From positions 960,001 through 1,024,000 of the forward strand of contig OZ219787.1 in NCBI GenBank assembly GCA_964291285.2: DNA of 64,000 nucleotides. The letters run 5' to 3'. Below are positions 28,660 to 39,514 of the stretch, piece by piece (the first letter of the stretch is position 1; every line of letters starts with the position of its first letter). Origin of the DNA: Alphaproteobacteria bacterium. GTDB lineage: Bacteria > Pseudomonadota > Alphaproteobacteria > Bin95. A model generated the notes under the pieces. That model saw only the letters and a list, made by a program, of their open reading frames with translations. It ran no database searches and was not told the origin of the DNA. Both the position numbers and the translations under genes were made by a program.

Positions 28660-29320
28660 TGTCATGAGATGTCATGTTTTGTCATGTTCCGGGGGCGGAA
28701 TGTCATGTTTTGTCATGTTCCGATCCACCCCTCCTCGTCACCCCGGCCCCCGAGCCGGGGTCCAGCCTCGGTTCTCGCGGCGGCCCCGGATCGGGGGCCG
28801 GGGCAGGCCTCGGCGGTTCGGTCCACCCTCTGCCGGCCGCGGCGGTATCGGGAGTCATGGATGGACCCCGGCTCGGGGGCCGGGGTGACTGTTGAGGGCC
28901 GGGATGGGAGGCCATCCTGTCCGCCCGGCCGCCGCCTGGCCGCCGACCCTCTCCCGACCTCTCCCTCGTGCGGGAGAGGCGGTTTCGCGTCTCCGTCCGT
29001 ATGCTGCATGCCGTTCCGCTCCGTTCTCCCCGCCGCCGGCCCGCCCGGCGCGGCGGGACCCTGTTTCGCGCGTATCGCGCCCGCCTGCCCGCGCGCGTCG
29101 CCGCCGGCGCGGTTCGCGCGCCTGATTGCCCGCGCGCGAGGCGGGCGCAGGGCGCACGTCTCCCGTCCGTTTCCCGGAGGTTTTTAAATTCGCGCCGGCG
29201 CGAACCGGGAGAGGAAGCGGCTCGGCGCGGACACCGCTCCCTTCCTGCCGCCATATATCGGCGCTGCCGTTCCCGGTGTCAACCCGTATTCAGAATTATT
29301 TCTTTTTTCCTAAACAAATC
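28660..29320 (-). repeat. Dispersed element copy C
   Basis: TTGACA (reverse complement at 29277-29282); 24-mer 29106-29129; TGTCATG boxes at 28660, 28670, 28680, 28701, 28711. Confidence 0.85.
28737..28889. repeat. REP/BIME-like inverted pair nested in copy C
   Basis: Perfect 28-bp IR GTCACCCCGGCCCCCGAGCCGGGGTCCA at 28737-28764 and 28862-28889. Confidence 0.85.
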
Positions 29321-29515
29321 GCGTCTTTCGACCGGGAGCGGACGCCGCCGGCAGGCTAGGGCCGGGGGATGGCGCGGACGCCGTGCCGTTCTTCGCGCGA
29401 AACTGCAAACGGGCGGCTCCGGGCCGCCGGACCTGTTCCGAGGCCCGCCTTGAACCCCAGTGCAAACCCCCTACCCTGTCCGGTGCGATTCGACATCCCG
29501 AGAGGGTATCCATCC

Positions 29516-29746
29516 ATGCGGGTCTCGAAATGGGGCGACAGCCTGGCGGTGCGGCTGCCCAAAGCGGTGGTGGACGAACTCGGCCTGAAGGTGGGCGACC
29601 GCCTGGAGGTCGTGTCCGCCACGCGCGAACGCCTTGCCGTTGCGAGAGACGAAAGCAGACAGCGGGCCTTGGAACGGATGCGCGCCCGCGCCCTGCCTAT
29701 CCCTGCCGACTATGTCTTCGACCGGAATGAAGCAAATACCCGGTGA
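29516..29746 (+). CDS. AbrB/MazE-family antitoxin (orphan)
   Basis: MRVSKWGDSLAVRLPK..LGLKVGD and FDRNEAN tail. Confidence 0.85.
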   Translation: MRVSKWGDSLAVRLPKAVVDELGLKVGDRLEVVSATRERLAVARDESRQRALERMRARALPIPADYVFDRNEANTR

Positions 29747-29801
29747 TAACGTTCTTCGATAAAGTATAATATCCAGTTCCTAAAAAAATTCATAAAGAAT
29801 C

Positions 29802-30311
29802 TCAATTTATGGCTCCGAACAAAAGCTCTGCAACTTCAGAAATTGATTCCACTTTTCTGAATTTTCTCTTTGGTATTATTCGAATCAATGGCCGCTCTCT
29901 CTTCACTCCCGAGGAATCACCTTTGGTATGACGGGCTATCTTCAATTCACTTAAATCCGGCCAGGGCCGTCCTGCCGGATTCCCAAACCACCAAAAAGGC
30001 CCAAGGTTGAAATCATCCTTATGAAATTGGATCCATATAACACATCCACTTGGCTTTTCCTGTAGTCGAATGTTAACTTTTTGCTGAATTGTCTTTGCAT
30101 CTCGTGCCGATGTCTTGAGCTGAACATGGCGAATTACCTTATCAGCCTCTATTACAAGATCGTAGCCGCCATCATCCACACTGGGTTTCATTACTTCGAT
30201 ACGGTGTGGCCATGCAGCTCGCAGCAATTCACCAATAAACAAATGCTCAATTAGATTTTCTCGATAGGACGACTGATGACTGTGAATATCAATCTCCCGA
30301 TTATATGCCAT
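29802..30311 (-). CDS. Putative PD-(D/E)XK-type nuclease
   Basis: E...VDDGGYDLVIE...HVQLK fits a D...QxK variant; markedly AT-richer than flanks. Confidence 0.6.
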   Translation of the reverse strand: MAYNREIDIHSHQSSYRENLIEHLFIGELLRAAWPHRIEVMKPSVDDGGYDLVIEADKVIRHVQLKTSARDAKTIQQKVNIRLQEKPSGCVIWIQFHKDDFNLGPFWWFGNPAGRPWPDLSELKIARHTKGDSSGVKRERPLIRIIPKRKFRKVESISEVAELLFGAIN

Positions 30312-30333
30312 ATCGTTCAGCTGCCCTCGACCG

Positions 30334-31128
30334 TTAGTTTTCGTACGGCAGACGATGTAGAAAGCTTCTAGCCGTTGCCAGCACTAAATGTAATCGGAGT
30401 GTGCTGTGGCTCTCATCGGACAGTCCGTCATGAGACCCTTCTGTGTGGAGCATCTTAAACAAGCCGTTTACGTAGTTCTTCCCGTCGTCCGACCATTCTT
30501 TCCGTTCCTTGGACAGAAACCCGATTCTGCCAAGCAACGCCCGCCGATTTTCCGATGTCATGCTCTGCGTTTTGTCCGGTCTCAACAGGCAAGCAATTTC
30601 ATTCAGCAGGCTTTCCATAAATACCCGAAGCTGTGCGTTTGCAGCAGCCCAATCGCCTCGGACATGTGCGTTGAGAGCCTGATCCAGATGGCCGCAAGGC
30701 GTTGTGAAGCCATTCTCCTTCAGTAGCCGGTGTACCTCATCATCCGTCTTGGCCCCCAATTCGATTGGCAGGGCCGGCCTCAAATCTGGCTTGCCGTCCT
30801 CGTCCCATGTCAAAGAGAAGCCATCGCGCATAAGTGAGCGCGTGAACCTTTTACGCAGTTCACCCCCACCGTCCAGCGGTGCTATCGCCATTGCTTCGCG
30901 TACGGTTGCTTCGCCAAGCGTCATTCGCCCCTCTGGAGTATCCAGGGGAGTGTCCGGCCGGCTGACCACGATCCGAGCCAGTTCGGCGCACTTCTTTCCA
31001 ACGCTCATTGCGGTGTTCATCGGAATCTCTTGTTCAAGTTCCAGACGTACCATCATCTGATTGAACGTCGCTTGGGAATGTATCTCCAGTAGTTCGGCCG
31101 CGGCGACCAATGTGACCCTGCTAAACAC
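30334..31128 (-). CDS. Hypothetical protein with a helical C-terminal domain reminiscent of Abi-C/HEPN
   Basis: GTG start with GGAGGG RBS; HLDQAL..RGDWAAANAQLR.FMES...LHTEGSH; lower GC. Confidence 0.55.
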   Translation of the reverse strand: MFSRVTLVAAAELLEIHSQATFNQMMVRLELEQEIPMNTAMSVGKKCAELARIVVSRPDTPLDTPEGRMTLGEATVREAMAIAPLDGGGELRKRFTRSLMRDGFSLTWDEDGKPDLRPALPIELGAKTDDEVHRLLKENGFTTPCGHLDQALNAHVRGDWAAANAQLRVFMESLLNEIACLLRPDKTQSMTSENRRALLGRIGFLSKERKEWSDDGKNYVNGLFKMLHTEGSHDGLSDESHSTLRLHLVLATARSFLHRLPYEN

Positions 31129-31143
31129 GACTCCCTCCGCCCC

Positions 31144-32223
31144 TCAATTCACCCCCGCCACGCGCCTGAATTCCGCGGCCTCGATCCCCACAGACGCCGC
31201 CGCTGCCTCCAGTTCCCGCCAGGTTTCGTCGTCCACGGGGATGCCGCCCTGGCTGCGTTCGGCGTGGGTGGCGCGTTCGGGGTCGCCGGGGACGAGGACG
31301 GGGAGGGCGGGGTCGGCGGGGGGCGAGGCTTTTACGTGCGCGATGGTGGCGTCCATTTCGGCATTGTAGAAGCCGGGGTCCACCAGCCGGGCCGGGTCGA
31401 AGATGATCGAGAGCATGTTGTTCAGGATCGTGTCCTGCTCGTGGTCCGTCTCCGGCCGGCAGGTTTGCCCCCCGGAGAGCACGCCCGCCATCATCTCGCT
31501 CATCAGCGCCATGCCGTAGCCCTTGTGCCCGCCGATGGGCAGGATCGCGCCCATCGGCCGCTCGAACATCACATTCGGGTCGGTGGTCGGCCGGCCCCGG
31601 TTGTCGATCAGGATGCCCGGCGCCATCCGCTCGCCCTTGTTCTTCGCGACGCGGACCTTGCCGTGGGCGACGGTGCTGGTCGCCATGTCGAGCTGCGTCA
31701 CGGGGTTCGCCCCGGTCGCCGGCATGGTGATGCAATAGGGGTTGGTGGCGAAGCGCGCGTCCGAGCCGCGCCAGGGCGCCACGAGGCCCGGATGGCCGAC
31801 GACATTGACATAATGGATCGAGACGAGGCCGGCGGCCGCGCATTGCTCGCCCCAGGCGCCGATGCGGCAGAGATGGAACGACCGGCGCACGGCCATGACG
31901 CAGACGCCGTGCTGCTTCGCGCGCTCGATGGCGAGTTCCATCGCCTGCCTGCCGACCGACTGGCCGTAGCCCGCCTTGCCGTCCACCACCAGCATGGCGC
32001 CCGTGTCCACGAGGAGGTCGATCTTCATGTTGGGCCGGAGCTCGCCCTCCTGCACCGCCCTGATGTAGCGCGGCAGCATGCCGACGCCGTGGCTGTCATG
32101 GCCGGTGAGGTTGGCATAGACGAGGTTGTCGGCGACATCGGCCGGCTCGTCCCCGGCGCTTCCGGCTGCGGCGCAGACGGCGCGCACGACGGCGCGCAGG
32201 TTCTCATGGCGGATCGTGGGCAT
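31144..32223 (-). CDS. Ldh_2-family (malate/L-lactate/ureidoglycolate) dehydrogenase, HcxB/YbiC-like
   Basis: GHDSHG, TNP, LDMATS, GGHKGYG, VPGDPE motifs. Confidence 0.88.
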   Translation of the reverse strand: MPTIRHENLRAVVRAVCAAAGSAGDEPADVADNLVYANLTGHDSHGVGMLPRYIRAVQEGELRPNMKIDLLVDTGAMLVVDGKAGYGQSVGRQAMELAIERAKQHGVCVMAVRRSFHLCRIGAWGEQCAAAGLVSIHYVNVVGHPGLVAPWRGSDARFATNPYCITMPATGANPVTQLDMATSTVAHGKVRVAKNKGERMAPGILIDNRGRPTTDPNVMFERPMGAILPIGGHKGYGMALMSEMMAGVLSGGQTCRPETDHEQDTILNNMLSIIFDPARLVDPGFYNAEMDATIAHVKASPPADPALPVLVPGDPERATHAERSQGGIPVDDETWRELEAAAASVGIEAAEFRRVAGVN

Positions 32224-32239
32224 GGAGGTCGGTCCGTTT

Positions 32240-33334
32240 CTATTCGGCGGCGGCGAGGCGTTCCGGGAAGAGCGACCCGAGGCCGTCGGGGGCGGCGAGG
32301 CCGCGCTCGGTGATGAAGCCGGTCACGAGCCGCGCCGGGGTGACGTCGAAGGCGTAGTTGGCGGCGGGCGAACCCGGCGGGGTCACGGCGACGGCCGCGA
32401 CATCGCCCGCTTCCGTTTGCCCCCAGACCTGCTGCACCTCACAGGCGTCGCGCTCCTCTATCGGGATCGAGGCGAGGCCGTCCGACACCGTCCAGTCGAT
32501 GGTCGGGCCGGGCAGTGCGACATGAAACGGCACGCCGTTGTCATGGGCGGCCAGCGCCTTGGTATAGGTGCCGATCTTGTTGCAGACATCGCCGGTCGCG
32601 GTCGTGCGGTCGGTGCCGACGATGCAGAGGTCCACCAGCCCGCGCTGCATGGCATGGCCGGCGGCATTGTCCACGATCACCGTGTGCGGCACGCCGTGCC
32701 TGCCGAGCTCCCAGGCCGTGAGGTGCGCGCCCTGGTTGCGCGGCCGGGTCTCGTCCACCCAGACATGCACCTCGATGCCGGCGTCGTGGGCGCGGTAGAT
32801 GGGGGCGAGCGCCGTGCCCCAATCGACGGTGGCGAGCCAGCCGGCATTGCAGTGGGTCAGGACGTTGATCCGGCCGTCCTTCTTTCCGGCCGCTGCGCGG
32901 ATGAGGCCGAGCCCGTGTTCGCCGATGGCATAGTTGATCGCCACATCCTCGTCGCAGATTTCGCCTGCGCGTCCGAAGGCTGCTTCGGCGCGCTCCGCCG
33001 CTGGCAAGTGACGCACCCGCCGGACCACGTCGTCCAGCGCCCAGGCGAGGTTCGCCCCGGTCGGGCGGGTGGCGAGCAGGGTGCGCCGGGCGTCCTCGAG
33101 AGCGGCGTCGGAGGCGTCCCGGAAGAGCGCGAGCGCGAGGCCGTATGCCGCCGTCGCGCCGATCAGCGGCGCGCCGCGCACCAGCATGGCGCGAATGGCA
33201 TGGGCGGCGTCCTCAAGCGACTCCAGCCGGACGGTCTCGAAGCGGTGCGGCAGGCGGGTCTGGTCGATGATGCGCACGGCGCGGCCGTCCGCTTCCGGCC
33301 AGATGCTGCGATAGGCGGTGCCGTCGACCTTCAT
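32240..33334 (-). CDS. mtnA: Methylthioribose-1-phosphate isomerase
   Basis: [30 protein letters not shown] motifs. Confidence 0.95.
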   Translation of the reverse strand: MKVDGTAYRSIWPEADGRAVRIIDQTRLPHRFETVRLESLEDAAHAIRAMLVRGAPLIGATAAYGLALALFRDASDAALEDARRTLLATRPTGANLAWALDDVVRRVRHLPAAERAEAAFGRAGEICDEDVAINYAIGEHGLGLIRAAAGKKDGRINVLTHCNAGWLATVDWGTALAPIYRAHDAGIEVHVWVDETRPRNQGAHLTAWELGRHGVPHTVIVDNAAGHAMQRGLVDLCIVGTDRTTATGDVCNKIGTYTKALAAHDNGVPFHVALPGPTIDWTVSDGLASIPIEERDACEVQQVWGQTEAGDVAAVAVTPPGSPAANYAFDVTPARLVTGFITERGLAAPDGLGSLFPERLAAAE

Positions 33335-34215
33335 GCGCCGCCGTTTAGCACTCTCCCCGCGACGGCGTCCAGCTTGGCTAGGAGCGCCGGATCGCGCTGT
33401 TCCGGCGCCGTAATCAGCGCATGGTCCAGCGCCGTGTGGCAGCCGGCGAAACAGGCCTCGCGGCGCTTCGCCAGCGCGGGCGCGGCGTGGCGGACGAGGC
33501 CCCGGCCGCGCTCGGCATTGTCGAGCAGCACGCGGATCACCGCCTCGACGGAGACATCCTCATGCTCGTCGTGCCAGCAGTCGTAGTCGGTGACCATGGC
33601 GACGGTGGCGTAGCAGAGCTCGGCCTCGCGCGCGAGCTTGGCCTCCGGCATGGCGGTCATGCCGATGACGGCGCAGCCCCAGCTGCGGTAGAGGGCGCTT
33701 TCGGCGCGGGTGGAGAATTGCGGCCCTTCCATCGCCAGGTAAGTGCCGCCGCGGTGCAGGGAGATGCCGGCGCCGGCGGCGGCTTCCTCCAGAATGCCGC
33801 CCAAACGCGGACAAACCGGGTCGGCCATGGAGACATGCGCCGCGCAGCCCTCGCCGAAGAAGCTCTTGGCGCGCGCGAAGGTGCGGTCGATGAACTGGTC
33901 CACCAGCACGAAGTCGCCGGGCGCGTGTTCCTCCTTCAGCGAGCCGACCGCCGAGAGCGACACGATCTCCGTTGCGCCCGACCGCTTCAGCGCGTCGATA
34001 TTGGCGCGGTTGTCGAGGTCGGTCGGGCTTATGCGGTGGCCCCGCCCGTGGCGCGGCAGAAAGCGCAACTCGGCCTCGCCCAGCCGAGCGTGGAGAATCT
34101 CGTCGGAAGGCCGACCCCAGGGACTCCCGACCGCAATCCAGCGCCTGTCGTCCAGCCCGTCGATATCGTAGAGGCCGCTGCCCCCGACGATCCCGATCAC
34201 GGGCGGCACGGTCAA
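33331..34215 (-). CDS. mtnP: S-methyl-5'-thioadenosine phosphorylase
   Basis: [30 protein letters not shown] motifs; TTG start overlaps the petC stop. Confidence 0.92.
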   Translation of the reverse strand: MTVPPVIGIVGGSGLYDIDGLDDRRWIAVGSPWGRPSDEILHARLGEAELRFLPRHGRGHRISPTDLDNRANIDALKRSGATEIVSLSAVGSLKEEHAPGDFVLVDQFIDRTFARAKSFFGEGCAAHVSMADPVCPRLGGILEEAAAGAGISLHRGGTYLAMEGPQFSTRAESALYRSWGCAVIGMTAMPEAKLAREAELCYATVAMVTDYDCWHDEHEDVSVEAVIRVLLDNAERGRGLVRHAAPALAKRREACFAGCHTALDHALITAPEQRDPALLAKLDAVAGRVLNGGA

Positions 34216-34982
34216 TGCAGGTCTCTCCAGACCTTCCGCTTCAGCGCGTAGAGCAGGCCGGTCAGCACCAGCAGGAAGATGATGACCTTGACGCCCAGCC
34301 GGTGGCGGTCCTCGAGCTGCGGCTCGGCGGCGAACATCAGGAAATGCGAGACATCGACGGCCATCTGCTCGACCGTCGCCGGCGTCCCGTCGGCATATTC
34401 CACCAGGTCGTCGCTGAGCGGCGGCGCCATGGCGATCCGGTGGCCGGAAAAATACATGTTGTAGTTCTGGTTGTCGGCCATCTCCATGCCTTCCGGCGGG
34501 TCGGCATAGCCGGTCAGCACGGCGGCGATATAGTCCGGTCCCGCGGCCTGGTTCTTGGCGATCAGGCTGAGGTCGGGCGGCAGCGCGCCGCCGTTGGCGG
34601 CCTTGGCGGCATTGTCGTTCGGGAAGGGCGACACGAAGCGGTCCGAGAGCTTGCCCGGCCTCTCGAACATCTCGCCTTCCCCGTCCGGCCCGTCCTCGAT
34701 GAAGGCATTTGCCGCCTCGGCCTTCGCCGCGGCCTCGGACATGCCGATCTGCGTGAGGTTGCGGTAGAACATCAGCCGCATGCCGTGGCAGGCGGAGCAG
34801 ACCTCGCGATAGACCTGGTAGCCGCGCTGGAGGGCGGCGCGGTCGAACGTGCCGAAAACGCCGTGGAAGCTCCACTCCCGCTCCGGCGGCTGCGGGCCTC
34901 CCCCGGCCGCCGAAGCGGCGCCGGGCAGGACGGCGAGTCCGAGGGCGGCGGCGAGCGCGGCGCCGAGCAAACGGTTGCGCAT
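34212..34982 (-). CDS. petC: Cytochrome c1
   Basis: Signal peptide, CSACH heme motif, PPDLSL, IAMAPPL, C-terminal TM. Confidence 0.95.
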   Translation of the reverse strand: MRNRLLGAALAAALGLAVLPGAASAAGGGPQPPEREWSFHGVFGTFDRAALQRGYQVYREVCSACHGMRLMFYRNLTQIGMSEAAAKAEAANAFIEDGPDGEGEMFERPGKLSDRFVSPFPNDNAAKAANGGALPPDLSLIAKNQAAGPDYIAAVLTGYADPPEGMEMADNQNYNMYFSGHRIAMAPPLSDDLVEYADGTPATVEQMAVDVSHFLMFAAEPQLEDRHRLGVKVIIFLLVLTGLLYALKRKVWRDLH

Positions 34983-36235
34983 CACGCTCTCTCCATCGCG
35001 CCGGCGCCGGTCGGGGGCGATGAACCTCCACCGAGCACCGGTTCCCCGATACTGAGCGGCAGCGGCCGCGGCCGCTCGAACACCGACAGCAGCGGCAGGA
35101 TCACGAAGAAATGCGCGAAATAGTAGATCGTCGCGAGGCGTCCGATATGGATGTACCAGCCTTCCGCCGGCTGCGACCCGATATAGCCGAGCACCAGGCA
35201 GTCGAGCACCAGCAGCCAGAAGACCTGCTTGTAGATCGGGCGGAAACGGGCGCTGCGCACCGGCGAGCGGTCCAGCCAGGGCAGGATGAACAGCACCGCG
35301 ATGGCCGCGAACATGGCGACGACGCCCAGCAGCTTGTCGGGAATGGCGCGCAGGATCGCGTAGAAGGGCAGGAAATACCATTCCGGCACGATATGCGCCG
35401 GCGTCACCAGCGGGTTCGCCGGCACGTAGTTGTCCGGATGGCCCAGATAGTCGGGCGCGAAGAACACGAACAGGCAGAAGACCGTCAGGAACGCGCCCAG
35501 CCCGAACATGTCCTTGACCGTGTAGTAGGGATGGAAGGGGATGCTGTCCTGCCTGCCGCGGGCCTCGATGCCGAGCGGGTTGTTGGAGCCGTGCGTGTGC
35601 AGCGCCACCACATGCAGCACCACCACGCCGACGATGACGAAGGGCAGCAGGTAGTGCAGCGAGTAGAAGCGGTTGAGCGTCGGGTTGTCCACCGCGAAGC
35701 CGCCCCAGAGCCAGCTCACGATATGCTCGCCGACCAGCGGGATCGCCGAGAACAGGTTGGTGATGACCGTGGCGCCCCAGAAGCTCATCTGACCCCAGGG
35801 CAGGACGTAACCCATGAAAGCCGTCGCCATCATCAGCAGCAGGATGACGACGCCGAGAATCCAGAGAATCTCGCGCGGCGACTTGTAGGAGCCGTAATAG
35901 AGCCCGCGGAAGATGTGGATATAGACGAGGATGAAGAAGAACGAGGCGCCGTTCATGTGGATGAACTGGATCAGCCATCCGAACGGCACGTCCCGGCGGA
36001 TTCGCTCCACGCTGTCGAACGCATGGTCCACATGCGGGGTGTAGTGCATCGCCAGCATGATGCCGGTGAGGATCATCACGATCAGCATGAAGCCGGCGAG
36101 CGAGCCGAAATTCCACCAGTAGTTCAGGTTCTTCGGTGTCGGATACTCATGCATCTCGTGGTGCATGAAGGTGAAGACCGGCAGCCGGTAGTCGATCCAG
36201 CGGACGATGGGGTTGTCGAACTTGGGCGCAGCCAT
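34982..36235 (-). CDS. petB: Cytochrome b
   Basis: [25 protein letters not shown] motifs. Confidence 0.97.
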   Translation of the reverse strand: MAAPKFDNPIVRWIDYRLPVFTFMHHEMHEYPTPKNLNYWWNFGSLAGFMLIVMILTGIMLAMHYTPHVDHAFDSVERIRRDVPFGWLIQFIHMNGASFFFILVYIHIFRGLYYGSYKSPREILWILGVVILLLMMATAFMGYVLPWGQMSFWGATVITNLFSAIPLVGEHIVSWLWGGFAVDNPTLNRFYSLHYLLPFVIVGVVVLHVVALHTHGSNNPLGIEARGRQDSIPFHPYYTVKDMFGLGAFLTVFCLFVFFAPDYLGHPDNYVPANPLVTPAHIVPEWYFLPFYAILRAIPDKLLGVVAMFAAIAVLFILPWLDRSPVRSARFRPIYKQVFWLLVLDCLVLGYIGSQPAEGWYIHIGRLATIYYFAHFFVILPLLSVFERPRPLPLSIGEPVLGGGSSPPTGAGAMERA

Positions 36236-36240
36236 CGCAC

Positions 36241-36786
36241 TCAACCGATCAGGATGCGGGTGTCGTCGAGGAAGCGGTAGGGCGGCACCGGCAGGTTCTC
36301 CGGCGCCGGCCCCTTGCGGATGCGCCCGGAGGTGTCGTAGTGCGACCCGTGGCAGGGGCAGAACCAGCCGCCGTATTCGCCCTTCTCGTCGGTATCCTTC
36401 TGGCCGAGCGGAATGCAGCCGAGATGGGTGCACACGCCCACCAGGATCAGCCATTCGGCCTTCTGCACCCTGTCTGTATCGGCCATCGGATCGGGCAGGC
36501 TGTCGAGCGGCGTATCCTCGGCGTCCCTGATTTCGGCCTCGGTGCGCCGGCGCACGAATACGGGCTTCTTCTGCCAGACGACGGTGATCGACTGGCCGGG
36601 CTCGATGGCTTCCAGATCGACTTCGGTGGTCGAGAGCGCGAGCACGTCGGCCGCGGGATTCATGTTGTCGATCAACGCCCAGCCGGCCGCGGCCGCGCCC
36701 ACCGCGCCCATGCCGCCAGCCGCATATTCCAGAAAATCGCGGCGCGTGACGCCGTCGCCGCCCGCCCCGTCCGCCGTTGCCGCCAT
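36241..36786 (-). CDS. petA: Rieske Fe-S subunit
   Basis: TRRDFL Tat motif, CTHLGC, CPCHGS. Confidence 0.97.
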   Translation of the reverse strand: MAATADGAGGDGVTRRDFLEYAAGGMGAVGAAAAGWALIDNMNPAADVLALSTTEVDLEAIEPGQSITVVWQKKPVFVRRRTEAEIRDAEDTPLDSLPDPMADTDRVQKAEWLILVGVCTHLGCIPLGQKDTDEKGEYGGWFCPCHGSHYDTSGRIRKGPAPENLPVPPYRFLDDTRILIG

Positions 36787-36975
36787 GTACGGAAACTCCT
36801 CCGCGCCTCCGGACACCGGGCGCTTGCCGCATAGCCCGTTCGAGTATGTCTTGCGGCCCCCGCGCCGCTATGCGACCCGATGCCGCGTAAATGGCCTCGC
36901 CCGCGCATAATCGTTCATTTGCAGGCGGATATGCCGCACATTGCGGGCCGGATCCGCCGCAGGGGAGGCCCGGTC

Positions 36976-37806
36976 GTGACGGACGCATCCGAACCGCGCC
37001 GGACGAGGGCGCGGCTCTGGTTCGAGGAACTGCGCGACGCCTTCTGCGCCGCCTTCGAGGCGCTGGAGCCGGGCGGCGCGCGCTTCGAACGCCGGGCCTG
37101 GGAGCGGCCGGGCGGCGGCGGCGGCGTCATGTCCGTGATGAAGGGCGAGGTATTCGAGAAGGTCGGCGTCAATGTCTCGACCGTGCACGGCGCCTTCCCG
37201 GACGAGTTCCGGGCGCAGATACCGGGCGCGGCGGAAGACCCGCGCTTCTGGGCCTCCGGCATCTCGCTGGTCGCGCATATGGCCTCGCCCTTCGTGCCGG
37301 CCATGCACATGAACACCCGCCATATCGAGACGACCCGGGCCTGGTTCGGCGGCGGGGCGGACCTCACGCCCATGTTCCCCGAGCGCGCGGCAGAGGAAGG
37401 GCACGCTTTCCACGCCGCGCTCGAAGATGCCTGCAACCGCCACGACGCGGATTATTACCCGCGCTTCAGGGCCTGGTGCGACGAGTATTTTCATCTGCCC
37501 CACCGGAACGAGCCGCGCGGACTCGGCGGCATCTTCTTCGACAATCTGGCGAGCGGCGACTGGGAAGCGGATTTCGCCTTCGTGCAGGATGTCGGGCGCG
37601 CCGTGCTGGAGGTCTATCCCCGGATCGTCGGCATGCGGGTGAGCGAGCCCTGGACCGAGGCCGACCGTATGCACCAGCTCCGCCGGCGCGGGCGCTATGT
37701 GGAGTTCAACCTGCTCCATGACCGGGGCACCCGCTTCGGCCTGATGACCGGCGGCAATATCGACGCCATCCTGATGTCTCTGCCGCCGCTCGCCGCCTGG
37801 GATTGA
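36976..37806 (+). CDS. hemF: Oxygen-dependent coproporphyrinogen III oxidase
   Basis: [36 protein letters not shown] motifs. Confidence 0.95.
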   Translation: MTDASEPRRTRARLWFEELRDAFCAAFEALEPGGARFERRAWERPGGGGGVMSVMKGEVFEKVGVNVSTVHGAFPDEFRAQIPGAAEDPRFWASGISLVAHMASPFVPAMHMNTRHIETTRAWFGGGADLTPMFPERAAEEGHAFHAALEDACNRHDADYYPRFRAWCDEYFHLPHRNEPRGLGGIFFDNLASGDWEADFAFVQDVGRAVLEVYPRIVGMRVSEPWTEADRMHQLRRRGRYVEFNLLHDRGTRFGLMTGGNIDAILMSLPPLAAWD

Positions 37807-37916
37807 GCCGGATACAGACGGTGACGCTGGCGGGAAATCCGGGTTAAGGTTTCACCAGTCGAACTCCGCGCGCTCCCGTCCCATGCGCCCGCGGCTGACG
37901 ATAAAGGGAGACCACC

Positions 37917-38936
37917 ATGCTGAAACGTATCGCGACCTTGCTCACCGCCTGCCTCGCGGGGGCCCTGGCAGCGGCGCCTTCGGGGGCCGAGACGGTCCTC
38001 AAGATTTCCAGCTGGGCCCCGCCGACCCACCCCATGAACTCGGTCGTGTGGCCGACATGGGGGAAATGGGTCAGCGAGGCGACGGAAGGCCGGGTGACAA
38101 CCAAGATCGAATACAAGCTGGCGTCGCCGCTCAACCAGTTCGCGCTGGTGCGCGACGGCATTGCGGACGCCGCCTGGATCTTCCACGGCTACAACACGCG
38201 CTATGTGGCCTCGCAGGTCGTCGAGATGCCGGACCTCGGCACCAGCGCCGAGGCCGCCAGCGTCGCCTACTGGAAGGTGCACGAGAAATACCTCCACAAG
38301 GCCAATGAACACCGCGGCACCGTGCTGATCGGGCTGATGTCGCACGGCCCGGCGGTCATTCAGACGAAGAAGCCCCTGACGGCGCTTGCGGACCTCGAGG
38401 GCATGAAGATCCGGGTCCCCGGCGGCGTCGGCAGCCTGGCCGGCAAGGCTCTCGGCGTCACGGCGGTGAAGCTGCCCGCGCCCAAGGTCTACGAGGCTTT
38501 GTCGTCCGGCGTCGCAGACGGCATCTTCATGCCGATAGAGACCCAGAAATCTTTCCGCCTGAAAGAGGTCGTCCCGCATGTGACGATAATGCCGGGCGGG
38601 CTCTATTACGGCAGTTTTGCGCTCCTCATGAGCCCCGCCGCGCTGGAAGGGATGTCCGAGGCCGACCGGAAGGCGGTGATGAGCGTTTCGGGCCTCAGGC
38701 TGTCGCAGTTCGCCGGCACCCAGTGGGATGCCGCCGACGAGGCCGGCCTGGCGGCGGCGAAGGAGGCGGGCACCACGATCCAGGAAGCGAGCCCGGCCAT
38801 GAAGGAGGACTATCTCGCCCTCATGAAGCCGGTGGAAGAAGCCTGGATCGAGCGTGCGGGCAAGGACGGCTACGACGCCCGGGCCGCGCTCGCGGACCTC
38901 CGCCGGATCGCCCGCGAATATGACAAGGCGCGGTGA
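37917..38936 (+). CDS. dctP: TRAP transporter substrate-binding protein
   Basis: Signal peptide; DLEGMKIR and YEALSSGVADG motifs. Confidence 0.9.
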   Translation: MLKRIATLLTACLAGALAAAPSGAETVLKISSWAPPTHPMNSVVWPTWGKWVSEATEGRVTTKIEYKLASPLNQFALVRDGIADAAWIFHGYNTRYVASQVVEMPDLGTSAEAASVAYWKVHEKYLHKANEHRGTVLIGLMSHGPAVIQTKKPLTALADLEGMKIRVPGGVGSLAGKALGVTAVKLPAPKVYEALSSGVADGIFMPIETQKSFRLKEVVPHVTIMPGGLYYGSFALLMSPAALEGMSEADRKAVMSVSGLRLSQFAGTQWDAADEAGLAAAKEAGTTIQEASPAMKEDYLALMKPVEEAWIERAGKDGYDARAALADLRRIAREYDKAR

Positions 38937-39493
38937 GCGACCCGGACCGGCCTGACGGAACGCCTCCTTCGGGACGGCGCGGCCGCAATCGGCTGATCGC
39001 CGTCCCGGAAGGGGCGTCCGCGCTCGTGCTGTTCGCGTTGATGGCGATGACCTGCATCGACGTCATCGGGCGCGAACTCTTCGGGACCCCTCTCGACGGA
39101 GCGACCGAGCTGACGCAGCTCATGCTGGGCGTCATCGTGTTCGCCATCCTTCCCTCGGTGTGCCTCCGCGAGGAGCATGTCTCCGTCGATCTCATCGATC
39201 TCTGGTTCCCCGGGCGGCTGGTCCCGCTGCGCCAGGCGGTGCTGAACGCGGTCATGGCGGTCGCGCTCGGCTTCGTGGCCTGGCGGGTCTGGATCATTGC
39301 CGGCCTGACTGCCGATTACGGCGACGCGACCGAGTTCCTCGAAATCAGGCTGGCGCCGATCAACTACTTCATCGCCGTGCTCAGCGGCTGCGGCGCGGCG
39401 GCGTTTGTCGTCAACACTGTCCGCCACGCGCGGGCGGCGCTTTCGACATCCGCCGCCGCGAACGATGCGCCGGACGGCGGCGGAACCGCCTGA
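38933..39493 (+). CDS. dctQ: TRAP small permease
   Basis: 4 TM segments; DVIGR and HVSVD motifs. Confidence 0.88.
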   Translation: MSDPDRPDGTPPSGRRGRNRLIAVPEGASALVLFALMAMTCIDVIGRELFGTPLDGATELTQLMLGVIVFAILPSVCLREEHVSVDLIDLWFPGRLVPLRQAVLNAVMAVALGFVAWRVWIIAGLTADYGDATEFLEIRLAPINYFIAVLSGCGAAAFVVNTVRHARAALSTSAAANDAPDGGGTA

Positions 39494-39514
39494 CCGGATA
39501 GCGGTTCGGGGACC

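Noticed and set aside
31144-36786. petABC-mtnP-mtnA linkage as a novelty
   Set aside because: I recall similar synteny from other Alphaproteobacteria, so I did not treat it as unusual.
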